Origin: Octopus sinensis
Lineage: Eukaryota
Assembly: GCF_006345805.1 (NCBI RefSeq)
Contig: NC_043004.1
Location: 48,422,001-48,486,000 of the forward strand
Reading direction: 5' to 3'
Length of the DNA: 64,000 bases
The notes beneath the pieces were generated by a model. The model was not told where the DNA came from, ran no database searches, and worked only from the letters and a program-made list of their open reading frames with translations. The translations under genes and the position numbers were made by a program. Position 1 is the stretch's first letter. Every line of letters begins with the position of its first letter. Of this stretch, positions 36,606-50,324 are shown in pieces.

Positions 36606-37323
36606 TATTAATATAGTTCCATAAATCTTCCATAATCAGTCAATATCAACCCATTATTTTTCACTGTAGCCACACATTTACTCATAATCTGCAATGTGTC
36701 CAGATCAACCCTCAATTCTTGACATCTTCAAGCTAAATCTGTCTGAGATCCCAAACTAATAAACCTTAATTTACATGCCAGTTAAACTGTATCTACAATA
36801 CATTTTAACTTTTAATCTCTCTCAGACAGCTGTGTAATAAGAAGGTTTGTTTCTCAACAACATGGCTTTAGGTCCAATCCTATTGCACAAGTGTCTTCCT
36901 CTATAGACCCAAGTCAGCCAAAACCTTGTAAGTGAACTTGGTAAAGAGAAATTAAATGATGTGTGTGTGTGTGGCTGTCACTTGACAATTGGTTAATTTA
37001 CTTATGTCGCCCATAACATAGCAGTTCAGTAAAAGAGATCGATAGAATAAGTACCAAACTTTAAAAATAAAGTACTGGGGTCAGTTTTTTCCAACTAAAA
37101 CCCTTCATGGCACTGCCCTGAAACAAGTAAGAGCTAAAAGATCATATTTAATTTGTGGAACTCAAGTAATATACATCTTAATCTAATTCTCAAGTTACAC
37201 AATACAATAAGCCGTGACACCCACCACCAAAGGAATCATAAACCATAATGGATTCATATATACAATTAATCTGAGATATACTCCCACAACAAAAATAAAC
37301 AACTCAAGTTAAAAAGTTGTAAA

Positions 37324-38184
37324 TACAAGTTGTCAATAGGTATCTGGACTGTTGCCATAGTAACGAAGCTAAAGCACACAGAGTGAAGCTGCTCAGCAAA
37401 GATTGACTTTGAAATCTGCTGTGTATATGTACTAAGTTTTAATGTTCTAGCTCACTTTCGCTGTTTATGGCAGTGCTTGAAAGGAAGGTGTGTAGTGTGT
37501 GATTGTCACAGTGACCATAACAGAGAAAGTTGTCATGGCGATACCTGCTCAGAGGCCTATGCAAAGTTGCAGAAAGTGTATGGAAAGGAGTGTATCAGCC
37601 GCACAAAAGTGTAGGAGTGGTTCAGACGTTTTCAAGATGGTCAAAAACATGTTGATATTGAGGAACGTTCTGGGAGACATGCAACCAGCAGAACTGAGAA
37701 AAACATCGCAGATGTGCATGCAGTCATGAGGGGAACTTGTCAAATCACCATCCATGAGTTATCAGAGGATGCGCAGATTATTTACGGTTCAGTTCCGTCC
37801 ATTATCACTGATGATTTGGGTACAAGATGCTTGTCTGCCAAGTTTGTGCCAAAATGCTTTCAGCTGACCAAAAGGACATTCAGGTTTCAGTTGCACAAGA
37901 TCTTGATTGTGCTGAAAATGATAAAAAATTTTCAAAACCTTGCATAGGCCTCTGAGCAGGCATCACCAAGCTTTAGGCAAAATTTGATGGAGATTCTCTG
38001 CCACGATCAATGCAACAATCACACGCTACACACCTTCCTTCAAAGCCCTGCTGTAAACAGTGGAAGTGAGCTAGAGCGTTAAAACTTGGTTTGCATACAC
38101 AGCAGAGTTCAAGCAGCTTCACTCTATCTGCTTTAGCTTTGTTACTATGGCAACAATCCAGATACTTATTGATCAGACCACATG
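37324..38184 (+). mobile_element. second mariner-family element, internally deleted
   Basis: ~60-bp TIRs (GTATCTGGACTGTTGCCATAGTAACGAAGCTAAAGC..GAGTGAAGCTGCT and its reverse complement near 38112-38179); N-terminal transposase EAYAKLQKVYG..EWFRRFQDG..SAKFVPK. Confidence 0.85.
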
Positions 38185-38897
38185 ACAGCCCAGCAACCAC
38201 TCCCATGTATTGTTGGCAAAAGAGTGTACCCCAATTAAAAAACAGGTTTATTTTTAGCTAGCTCCTTAAGGAAGTGGGTTAGCCTCAAACATATTACCAG
38301 GACAATTTTACAATCACTCACTATTCTTTCCTTAGTTTTTTAACATTTTGTCTAATCCAGTCAGTCGTCCCCACCACCACATGCATGCTCACACATTATC
38401 TGCAAATATGCAAGGAGTTGAATACAACCAGCTACTTATACTTTAAATCACTGTATATGTGTGTGGACAAGATTGAATGTTGTCAGCCCCCAAGTCAGTC
38501 CTGATCCAAAACATTCCAGCTGTGAAAATCAGGTCTTATTTTATTTTCCAGACTACTTTTATACAATCTATTGTTCAAATTGGCTACAAAGGGAGCAAGC
38601 TAAACAACCACCCAGTTACTGTCCAAATCCTGGGTCAGTAGTAATTAAAGCAGACCTACACTCAAAGGCAATCCAACTGTGATCACTCCTATTATTCATA
38701 CATTATGTACCTGGGACTACACTATGCAATTGTTTATTTTTCAAAAATGGTACAGCATGATTTGAGGGAGATTTGCCTGCTCTTTATAGTATATTAGGAA
38801 AAACTCTTGTAAGTGCTTGAGTGTCTATGTGCAAAACTACACACATATGTATATAAGCAAGTATACACATGTATGTATATATACAGACACATATATG

Positions 38898-38931
<34 letters not shown>

Positions 38932-39627
38932 AAACTACACATACACATATCTAAGTATAAACATACACATGTATATAAGAACACATAGCACATACACATA
39001 TCTCACTTCAGATGAAACATAATTATTTACTTTCATAAATATTTTATATAAACACTCAAAGCTTGCAAATATAATTGTGTGTCTGTTTGCCTTTTTCTCA
39101 ATGTGATGTTATAGTGACCTCTGCTTCTCTGAAAATGCTTCCAATCAGCTCCTAGGCTCCACATCAACCAGTATTTGTTCTCCCTGCGCACATGCGTGTG
39201 CATGCACATATACTACAGCTCAAATTTAAAAGTTAGCCTTGTTAACTGCATCGTCTTATCTCTTCCCTATACTCTAGGGAACATTAAACAAGAAGTTATG
39301 GGCACTGCTCGTCTACTTCCCCTAATTATGAGAAAGTGCATATTTACAAAAGCTAGAACAGAGAGAGAGAAAGAGAGCGGAGGGACAGAGGAAAGAGAGA
39401 GAGAGAGAGAAGGGGAGAGAGAAAGAGAAGTTTGTGTGTGTGTGTGTGTGTGTAGGTGCACATTGGTTGTTTAACCCCAAGTCAATCCTGGTAGAACAGA
39501 CTTATGATGAAAAGTGTTCCATACTGTCTCTTTTTCAAGACAATGTGGTCGTAATTTGAGAAACATTTAACTGCTATTTCTACCACATCAAACCCACACA
39601 TGAATGCAAGTTCATGTATGTATAGAT

Positions 39628-39857
39628 TTAACCCTTTAGTATTCAACCTGGTCATACCAGGCCAAAATATTCTACCTGTTTTATAATCAAAGTGGCCAGA
39701 TTTGGTTCCTCACACATACCCTCCAATATCATTCTAAAAATTAAGTTATGTCTTAAAAATTCAAAAGCCATAATATAATGATGCATGAATAATTCAAAAC
39801 AATGTGGATTGAGTAAGTATTACATTTGACAAATTGATCTAAATGCCAATGGGTTAA
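39628..39857. mobile_element. piggyBac-type MITE, family P1
   Basis: TTAA-CCCTTTAGTATT ... AATGCCAATGGG-TTAA. Confidence 0.85.
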
Positions 39858-40220
39858 GAAGTTCATAAAACAAGATTTTTATATATTATAAAAGAAATTT
39901 GGCATTAGGTATTAACCTCAATAATAGATTCCTCTTGGTATAGACAAGGTAAAACAAGCAGGTATTTAAATGTTCTATGTCCATATCACATAAGCCACAT
40001 GTTTTTATAACTATATATTAATGATGAAAGAGAAAGATCAAATGAACTAACCAACCTCTTGCTTCACTAACATCGTTTTTCTTCTATATACACACACTCT
40101 CTTCGTTTTATCTACAGCAATTCTAACAAAATAAACGATCTCTCAAAAAATTACAAGTAGTCTGAGTAATCTGGCAAAAATTATCATGTGAACGTCGAAC
40201 ATTTGGATATGTTCTTATAC

Positions 40221-40265
40221 CGTGCAGAAAGAGTGCCACCAATTTCTCCGATGCCTTTTGCTGGA
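40221..40265 (-). CDS. candidate 45-nt coding exon ((V)QQKASEKLVALFLH in the preferred frame)
   Basis: Strong acceptor CACTTTTTTCTCTCTCCAG and donor CACG|GTATAA; GC-richer than its flanks; open in all three frames. Confidence 0.6.
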
Positions 40266-40672
40266 CTGGAGAGAGAAAAAAGTGCTTTTCTAAAAATATA
40301 AATTAGCTCAAAATGTCAGGATCTTTGTCTCTCACACGAAACTGGCTTTTCCAAATTTATATACATCTTAAAATTAACTTTCATTTGATAATATACACAC
40401 AAAGACAATTAAATCAAGCATTAGCCTCCCTCAAAATGTCAGGATCCTTGCCTCCTACAGAATACTGTTTCAAAGATAAGAACATCTTAAAATCAACTGC
40501 CATTTGAACACACACACACAATAAAATCAAGTGCTTCATTTTTGTCTGATTATTATCAACTCATAACAATTAACAACTAATTATAATAATTAACTAAAAT
40601 TACATTACTTTGGGACAATTTATAAGAATAGTAAGCAAAAAGTTTTACTTTTACAGCCTTTACCATTAAGTA

Positions 40673-40880
40673 TTACCCCGTTAGCACTTAAACTGGTCCA
40701 TATCCAGCCCAAATATTTTACCTTGTTTTATGTTCAAACTGGCCAGATTTAGCCTCTTAGACTTACCCTAAAATGTCATTCTAAAAATGAACACAAATCT
40801 TGAAGTTATGAGATAATACATGATTAATTCAAAACAATGTAAATAAATAAGAGCTACATTTGACAGAGTAAACTGAAGTA
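40673..40880. mobile_element. piggyBac-type MITE, family P1, decayed
   Basis: Body homology to the other P1 copies. Confidence 0.7.
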
Positions 40881-41182
40881 GCATAACAAAATCCAACATT
40901 ACAAATTTCTTTATATATTCATTAGATTGAGTTGAACTGCTAAGAAAGTGGTTCGAGTTTGTCCTATGCACCATTTTGTGTCTTAACACAATGTACTTAT
41001 TTAAGTTCCCATATCAGATGAAAATGTATTAAACTTAGTTTGACATTATAAAGGGACATGCATGAGATGCATGATGAAAAACTGTACAGCAGACTTGTCT
41101 AACCCATGTCAAAATGGAAAGTCAGATGATGGTGATATATCAAAAGTCACAAACATTTCATTCACTTTCACCCAAAATCCAC

Positions 41183-41219
41183 CTTCATTTAATGCAATGT
41201 AATTTTCGTAATGGATAAA
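41183..41219 (-). CDS. candidate 37-nt coding exon (FIHYENYIALNE)
   Basis: Acceptor GATTTCTTCATTTAG; donor AAG|GTGGAT (alternative donors at 41172 and 41166); only one frame is open. Confidence 0.5.
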
Positions 41220-41633
41220 CTAAATGAAGAAATCAAGAATCATTTATTTTTAATCCATTTTTCCATGCTAGCTTGGGTCAGATAAACGCATATTATTTGA
41301 GGCATTATTTTACAACTGGATGACTTTACACACTGATAATGTCAATAAACACTACCAGTTTTAGCTCAATGCTTTCAAGTGGAAGTGCTCAATGTCAACA
41401 TTCACCATGACACAGACTTCACACATACACAATGGACTTGCATTCAGTTTATGCTTACTGAATCCAATTTCAAAGGCACTGGTCAGTTCACAGCCAGAGA
41501 AGAATACACATGCCCTTGGTGATGTGCAGTGAGATAAAGCAAGAGTAAATCATAACAAAGCGAGCTCAGTATCCAACTGTCTATCTACACACACATCTAT
41601 CTACCTCTATACCTACATACTGTCTGTTTATAT

Positions 41634-41985
41634 CACGGGTTGCCAAACTTTCTTGATCATCGACTCCCTTTAGCCACTTCTCCTTCTGCATACAACAAAT
41701 TAAGAAATTCTATTGAAGATGACACACTTTTTACACTTAAGATAACATGTACGAGTATACAGTATTAAGCTTTCAATTTTTATAAAATTGTCTCCGTGGT
41801 CAGAAAATGTGAAAAACACATCATATTGTTGGAATATCTTTTACTGAAATTGACAGCATCAATGTGAGAGATGAGCATGGCATTAAGTATTTCAAGCAGT
41901 TACCCATTCAACCCCTTGGCTATCATCAACCCCATGTAATTCCTTGCCAGCCCCTGGGGGTCCCTCGAGTCTTTGGCGACCCCTG
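41634..41985. mobile_element. hAT-type MITE
   Basis: TIRs CACGGGTTGCCAAAC / TTTGGCGACCCCTG; 8-bp TSD GTTTATAT (41626-33) vs GTCTATAT (41986-93). Confidence 0.75.
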
Positions 41986-42989
41986 GTCTATATCTATCTA
42001 CCTATATCCATACACATATAAGTACACTATACGCCTCTCTCTAACAACCACACACATATCAGTATCAACAGCCCAACAGTTATGCCTTTATGCTGTAATT
42101 ATCACCGACTCGTCAATATCGAACAAATAAACCTGTAACATTAGACACATACACTTTATTTCTGAATGACATTAATAGACATTTATTGCTGTACTATTAT
42201 TATTAATTACAAATTATTTTTAAACAACACATTTTCAAACGCGATTTATGTGTAGCAAAACTTATGTGCTTTTTTTGTTCATAAAAGAATTCTGAAACAA
42301 TATAACTAGAAACGGAAAAGTAAATTAGCTGCACTAAAATAGCCAAGATCAACCTGCATGAAGTGGAATTTCAAACCAAAACTTCCATAACAATGTCTAT
42401 TAAATTCTCTTGAAAGTTGATTATTTTAAACCAAACATTTTCCAGCTAAACAATAAAAAAAGTTAACCAGTGTTTAAAATAAGAAACAAAACGGTAATGA
42501 AAAATAAATTGATTGCTGTAATAAATTGATTTCAGCTCATTTAACAGATGGCTAAAACATTATTTCCATACCACTTCACATAGGAATTCTAAGTTGAGTA
42601 TCTAGTAATGCCATTTTATATTTACAACACATTTAGACAATATTATATTAAAATGTTCATTTATGTAAATTTAAAAAGTTAACTATACATTTCAAAGTAT
42701 GGGCTGTGACCATTTTGATAGGAAAACAAGATTTCAACTTCAAATTACTAGTGATTTAATAATGGTGAATAAATATATCAGAAATCGGCATTATGTACAG
42801 GCTATGGCTGTGTAGTTAAGAAGTTCACCTAAAAACTAAGTAGTTTCAGGTTTGATCTAGGTGTCACTTTGGGCAAATATTTTCTACAGTTTAGGGTTAA
42901 TCACACCCCTTGCCAATGAAATTTGGCAGATGAAAATATACAGCTCATTGTATATGCATACACACACACACACATATATATGTGTGTGA

Positions 42990-43330
42990 TGGGGCATGGC
43001 TTAGAGGTTAGAGTATCGAGCTTACGATTGTGAGGTTGTGAGTTTTATTCCTGGACCAGGCTGCGTGTTGTGTTCTTGAGCAAGACACTTTCTTTCCTGT
43101 TGCTCTAGTTCACTCAGCTGTAGAAATGAGGTGCAACATCAGTGGTGCCAAGCTGTACTGGCCTCTGCCTTTCCCTTAGACAACATCAGTTACATGAAGA
43201 TGGAAGACTGGTATGCTTGGGTGACTGCTGGTCTGCCACAAGCACCCTTACCCAGACTTCTGTCTTGGAGAGTAACTGTCTAGGTGCAATCCTATGGTCA
43301 TTCGTGACTGAAAAGGGTCTTTACTCCTTA
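42990..43330 (+). mobile_element. tRNA-derived SINE family C with CORE-like central domain
   Basis: A-box TGGCTTAGAGG, decayed B-box and CTTGAGCAAGACACTT..GCTC.AGTTCACTCAGCTG central block. Confidence 0.75.
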
Positions 43331-45793
43331 CTCCATATATCTGTATGTATGTATTTACAACCACACCAGTGCCAACATGAACAGATATTGGTTTTTTTTA
43401 TAAGGTGAGGTTTCATTTTTTAAGGACATGTGACTTGAGAGAAAGTAGACTGGTTATATTCGTAGCTTAAGTAAACTGCCAATAAAAACCTATCTGTATA
43501 TCAGGGATTACAATCTTCAATTAAAAGCAACAGTATGTGATTTGTGGGATCCTTGGTTGCTACTTTTAGCAGCTCAACATACTACATAAAGACACTATTA
43601 GGTGTGTTGCTGTTTGGTTCCAGATTAGCTCTGATCAAACAGAGCCACAACGAAAGGGGTTCAAACCTTAACTATCGTCTTTTTGTACACTGGAAACAAG
43701 ATAATCCAATGTATCCTCACTTTTTACAAGGGCAGCTCATTATGATTTGAATTAAATTTGGCTGCTGTGTCTGGTAGCTTGAATAACCGACTGCTCAATC
43801 ACACGCAAAACACTCATCTCATCAAGATGTTTCTTGCACATCAAAGCTTGGTTTAGCCTGTGATACCTAAGAACAGTGAGGTATGCACCTAAGATATATA
43901 GGTTAGCATCCCAACCTGTGTCTTATGTGAGGAAAAAGCCCAGCAAGAAAGCTACAAGAACTGACTTCAGGAGATCCTGAGAAGAGTGGGAAAATGAGGC
44001 TTAGCTGAACCAAAGATTAACAATTCATACAAACAACCAAATCATAACTTGGAGCTGTGGAAAATTGTGCAAGAACTATCAAAGCCCTAAAACCCAACAC
44101 ACCAGAATGAAATGCATGAAACTAGAGAATGAGCTGTGATACATAAGCCTTGGACTCGCTGAGATACAGGGGGGAGAGCTCAGCCAAGAATCATCTCAGA
44201 GCCCAAACATTCCATACATCACAGCAAGACCCAAAACACTTACTGACTCTAGATTACATCAAGTCATCTAGGAATTGCATCTTGCATACATACACAGTGA
44301 ACTTATTAATTGATCGAAATATTTTTTATATCATTCTCTCAAAGAATTTATCAAAATTCATTCATGTTTAGTTTAAATATTTCTACCTACTACACTAAGT
44401 AATTTCAAAACAAAAATGTCCTGGTACCACTCATACGAAGCATTTTATGCATTTATTTCCTATTGCAATTTTTTTTTAACAATAGCAATGTTGGTTACTG
44501 AATTGCAAACTCATCTTTCTGATTCATTGAAGTTTTTACAGCTTTTGTAACACTAAGGTGCATATAAAATATTGCTGATGTTTACAACTTTCAACAATAA
44601 CTGGAGAATGTAAATATGTGTACATACATACATACATACATACATACACACACATATAACTGATTTAAAAAAGTGATTTTTTAACAAAAAATCAGACTGT
44701 TTTGTTTAGAACTAAATATTAAAGATGTTTTATCTTATTTCATTTAATATAATCCACTATTTATCTCAATAACACAGAGAAGAAAGATCAAAAACCTGGG
44801 TTACTCCCCCACCCGCCAAAAAAACATTATCATCACATAGATATTGGGCCCCCATACTCAATAAATGCAATTATTAAATTAGAATATTTTATTTATATCA
44901 CAGTATTTTGAAGTCGTTCCATTAATTTACACAATCTACATCATCATTACAAAGTCTTTTTTCACTGTTCTGTAATCATATTTCTAATGAACTAAATGCC
45001 TATGTATTTTCAATTAATTTTGAAAATATTTAACAATTTGGAGGGATTTAATACAATAATTAACTTGTTCATTAAGCTGGTATTGAGAACAACAAAAGGT
45101 TCTTGCATAAAATTATGATGGGATGTTTTTTTTTTTACATAAGCACACATTAAGGCCATGGAACCAGAGATAGGCTGGTACCAAAAAGGTTAAGAGAAAT
45201 ACAATCTGTTTGACATCTTTAAGTAAAATCTAACTAAAAAGTGCTGGTGAAATAACAAAGGCATTCAATTTATCACTGTTGCTATGATGTTATGTGAGGC
45301 AAATGAATGTAATTTTTGCCACCATCAATAAATACGGGAATAGGTTCCATTTCAAAGATGATGGTTATTTCACATGAACCTGTACAACCAACAACAACTG
45401 TAACAATAATTACAAGTATCTAAACTTGCAGAACCATTCAACCCATGCTATATTTGGAAAGAATTAGATACATTAGATGTTTTATTCTAAAACATATTTT
45501 TCAAATACATCTTGATAAGCTAAATATGACATAAACTGGCTTTATATGTAACACAAAATCTTATTGTCCACTCTTTATAAATCATTAGGCCTGTAACCCT
45601 AAATCATTGTTGCATTTGTAGCAACCAGTGAAAACCTATCCAGCCACCAACAAAACAAGGCCTGAAGCAGGAGCATCAAAAGATCTAAAACATCACACTA
45701 TACCACATAATGCTTTCCAGAAAGAGTCACCACCAAACCACCAATCAGAACACTCGTATCTCTTTCTCTCTTTCATACACACACACACACACA

Positions 45794-46120
45794 CTTTATT
45801 TAAAAGCAGCAGAAATATAACAAAAGCTGTTACTCAGAGTTTCACGCTCCCGTTCGCAGGACAGTTTTGTTAAAATGGAACAGAAATAATGATAAAATCA
45901 AAACTAGTTAAAGGATACACCTTTAATTTTGTTCATTGCATGCTTAAGACTGTTAATTGAAAGGACCAATGAAACAAATCCATTTTTAAAGGTGTATCTT
46001 TTAAATAGTTTTGATTAAATCATTATTTTTTTGTTCCATTTTAACAAAAATGTCAAATGAACGGGAACATGAAACTCTGAGTAACAGCTTTTGTTATATT
46101 TCTGCTGCTTTTAAATAAAG
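45794..46120. repeat. foldback inverted repeat (~133-bp arms)
   Basis: 45794-45926 is the near-exact reverse complement of 45986-46120; the spacer has a further short stem. Confidence 0.9.
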
Positions 46121-46782
46121 CATATTACTCTACCTCTGGTATTTGAGTACTCTTTTCCCCACCTTGTTTCACATTTATGTGCTTACTCCACTATATATAT
46201 ATTTATTTATTTACACATACAATATTCAGCTTCACTTATCATAGTAGAATAAGATATGTGAACCAAATCTCATCACTGCAAATCAACACGTGTGAAAATA
46301 CATGAGCAGAAAGGAACAGCCTAGGTTCCGAAAAGGAAGGACTGAGGGCTGGACATAAAAAGGGTGATGAGAGAGGGAAGGACAGACAAGTGGATCCAAA
46401 ATCACTGAGTGGAGGTGACATGAACCAAGCCAGACCTAAGGAGGTAGAGGCCACTGTAGTAATTGGAGAAAAGGCTGAGGAGAAAATGCATCCGAAAACC
46501 ACAAGGTGAGGCATGTCAGAGTGACTTTATGCCAGTTCTTTTCTGGATACAGATTATGAAAACTGTGTTCACAGCAGCACTGTCCCAGACATTACAGAGA
46601 TACACCAGTGTATGGCTTCACTTTAGCTTTGTTCAGTGTCAATGATTGGGAGAAAGGAATATTTTATGGCCTTGAAATGAAGAACCAAGTCATTAGGATG
46701 TGTTTCAGGGTGGGGTATGATGTGATGTTTTATTGATGGAAGTAATGTTCATGTTTACTTGCTGTTGAAAGTGACAAGACTA

Positions 46783-46819
<37 letters not shown>

Positions 46820-49259
46820 CCTCCAAACTGATAGTTCTACAACTAGTTTTTTTGTTTTTTTTGTTTTGTTTTTTTTTTTGCCTCAAACACAGCCATCAGA
46901 AGTTCATCAACATTTGTGAATGAATGAGTCACAGCTTAAAAGATTTGTACATAATTTGGCTGCTAATTTAACCTGTTATAATGGGACAAAATTTCAGACT
47001 GAAAACTGGTCACCAGAACAACTAATCGGTGTCGTTTAGCAACATTATGAATCATTAATCTAAAAGATTTATTCTGCTCTATGTTACTGTGAGGGCTGGG
47101 AAAGGGGACCAAGCTAGTTTAACAAATAACGACAGGGAGTTGTAAAAGGCAGAGCATCAACACATGCAGACTCTTCTTCATTTGAACAACTTCAAATGGC
47201 TATTGTTACTTAATATAGAAAAAAAAAAGCACAGCCACAGCCAGTGCTGTCTAACAAGGAATTAAGCATGCCATTAATAGGATTGTTGCTGCTTTTCAAG
47301 ATAGATTTATGTAGGCCAACAAAACGTTATTTTACAGCAAATTTATTTCATTAGCTTTTGCAGATAAAAAATAAACTGTCATTAGAAATGTAAATATATT
47401 TAACAAACATGTTCCCTTTAATGGTTAATTGAAATTCATTTGATAACCATAGAGCTTGATTCCATAACATCCTCTCAAAATCTTGTCTCCTACTAATATT
47501 CAGGTTAGAGATTTTCACCGTAAACTTCTCTTGAACTTGTGGTTAGTAAAAGATATGAAATAACCATATACAGCGTAGTAATATCGATATAGATGCAGTT
47601 ACAGCTATGCAGTAAAGAAATTTGCATGGTGGACAAATATTTTCGAGATTGTAGTCTTAGGTTGACCCATGCCTAGTAAGTGGAATTTGCAGAAAACTGT
47701 GCAGAAGCCTGATGTATATATATCACCATTTTAACACCTGGTTTACATACTGGCATGGGTTGGATGATTCGACAGGAGCTGGCCGACTGGAGAGCTGTCC
47801 AGGCTCCAGTTGTCTGTTTCTACAGCTAGATGCCCTTCCTAACACCAATCACTGTGCCGAGTGCTTCAGAGAGGGACAGTTCTGCTTAAGTTTACTGGTG
47901 TGTTGTGTAGTGTTCTCTTATATTTAAAATGTAACTTAATAATTTGATAAACAGTAATTGATAAAATGAGTACCAAACTGGAAATCAGATCCCTATGACT
48001 AACTCTTGAAGGTAGTGCACCAGCATAGCAGCAGTTCAAAAGTAGAAACAAGCAAAAATGTATACATACTGTAGTAATATATGATTGTGACTACAGACTA
48101 TAGTAATAAGGCTATACAAGATAGTAATAAATTTGTATTTCCCATTGTTTTATTTATGTGTGCAAACATGTGTACATAAGTCATGTATACAAAGAGTATA
48201 GGGAATGTGTGTACAAAGTGTATACAAAGGCTCGTGTGTGTGTGTGTACCTACATATAATGCAGATTAATATAAAAGTAATGTAGGTACCAGTATACATA
48301 AAATAAAAATATGGGTTCAAGCAAAATGGTTAACTGGACAAGAGATATACTGTATGAACCTAATCAGCCCTAAATAATGTGGAAATACAAATTTTCATTG
48401 CTAACGCCTTAGACATTATTTAGATAACTCAGTCTCTTTGGTCCACTGCCAGGTAGTGTATTTATCATACAAACATACACAATCTATTCCCCTAGCATGC
48501 AGAAAAAAAAAAACAGTCCATGTTTCTTTGGTATTGGTTACAGTTTGTCTCTATTATATCTACTGGTGTTTACTAGCCAATGCTGAAGACTGTACTGGTC
48601 TAATTCAGCTATCTTTGTATATAAGGTACAGTGGAAAAAACAGTAAATTCAGAGTTGAAACAGAGATAATTGAACAATGAAATATTTTGTGGGTGAAGTA
48701 GAATCTTAATGATATCTGGATTAATGAGCACTCAATGTCCATTCATTGTGTCCATGCAAACTCAAGTCCACCAAGCTGTAAATATGCACCCGATGTTAAA
48801 TACAGCCCACCGCAGCAAACCTTGCATCAGTATGTCTAGTTGGTTTTCAGTGTTTGAGCATCAGATCTCTAAGGGATGGGAGACTCACTCTAGGATACTT
48901 TTCTACAGGAACTTTACATATACCTTGATTGGTGGGTCAGCAGGAGTCAGAACTTAATTAAAATTCTTTGTAATACAGGGCCAAAATGAAATCATTTGAC
49001 AGCTTTTTTCACAAGAAGACATACAATAACACTGATTTTCCTCACTTATCTCTAAGTGAACTACATAAGTTAGACTGGCTAACAATTGTAAATAAATAAA
49101 TAGACTACATTTTAGGCTGGTGCTTCTTAAAGTGAGTGGTACTGTCTTCAGTGGTACTGAAAAATTTCATATGGGCACTAGAGACAAAGGGACAATAAGG
49201 GGAAGGGGTTGAGAGGTGTATTTATACAGTTTTTTCAAGTCTCTCACAGCACTGTTTTA

Positions 49260-49478
49260 GTCCATTTTAGCATTCAGATTACTGTCAAATGTAAAGCTTA
49301 ATCATTCACATCATTTTGAATTAATCATAGCTTTGAGATTTTAATGATATAAATGTTTATTTTTCAGAAGGATATTGTAGGGTAGGTGTGAGAAGCTGAA
49401 TCTGGCTAGTTTCAACATAACACAGGACAGACTGGATATTTTGGGCAAATATAACCAGTTTAAATGCTAAAGGGATAA
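49260..49478. mobile_element. piggyBac-type MITE, family P1 (reverse orientation)
   Basis: TTTAGCATTCAGATTA..GTTTAAATGCTAAAGGG. Confidence 0.8.
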
Positions 49479-50324
49479 ACATTAAATTTTAAAATATAAA
49501 ACAATAAACTGCTGGCTGGCTACAATCACAATATCAATAACATTATACAACAACAAGAATTCAAAACGTAAATAAGTAAATAAGCAAAATTAAGTATATA
49601 CCACTTATGATTATTGTAGGGTGGTGCTATAGTAAGTAGTTACTCATGTTAAACTAAAATCTGGAATTAAATTATTTGAGCTAGATGTTATGTGTATGTA
49701 CAATAAAAGAGAGTTGTGCTGAATTATGGTAGGGGTGCATTGAGAAAGTGTAAGTTGAAAAAAAAAAGGGGGTCAATAGTTTAAAAAGTTTGAGAAGCAG
49801 TGTTCTGTTTTTTTGGTTTTTTTTTTTTGCCAGGAGGAAAAGGATAGTGTCAGATATCATGATTACATATAAATCCAATATTATAAACCATAGGAGCACT
49901 GCAGCACTCAATTCAAGTTATCCAACAAACTAAGGCGACAACACACAGACAGACAAGACCAACTGAGAACCTCTTTTATGTGATTTCATCAATTTATTTT
50001 GACAAAAATAAAAATTGATTTCATTTGAGTGAATATAGTAGTATTGTGCTACTGGAAAGAGATCCAGTCATTCTTTTCAAAGTAGTTACAAAAAGGAAAA
50101 AAAAGCTACAGAATATAAGAAGTCTTGTGTCGCCAACACTAGAATTTCTAACACTTGGCAAAACTGTAGCTGTCCCTAACATTAGTCTTTCTATGGTCTG
50201 AGTTTGTTTCACCAGTATCAACTTCACTTTTCAACTTTCCAGGTTGTTTAATATTGAATTCAATTAGCTATACACTCTCTTCGAGATGTGGACTTCTGTC
50301 CGAGTCAGAAGAAACCATAATTAT

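Noticed and set aside
42350-42445. Minus-strand exon-like segment with a strong acceptor (LENVWFKIINFQENLIDIVMEVLV)
   Set aside because: In-frame stop before any credible donor; the other frames are also closed.
46239-46645. GC-richer purine-biased segment with short ORFs
   Set aside because: No recognisable motif; plus frames are interrupted by stops; probably an old TE relic.
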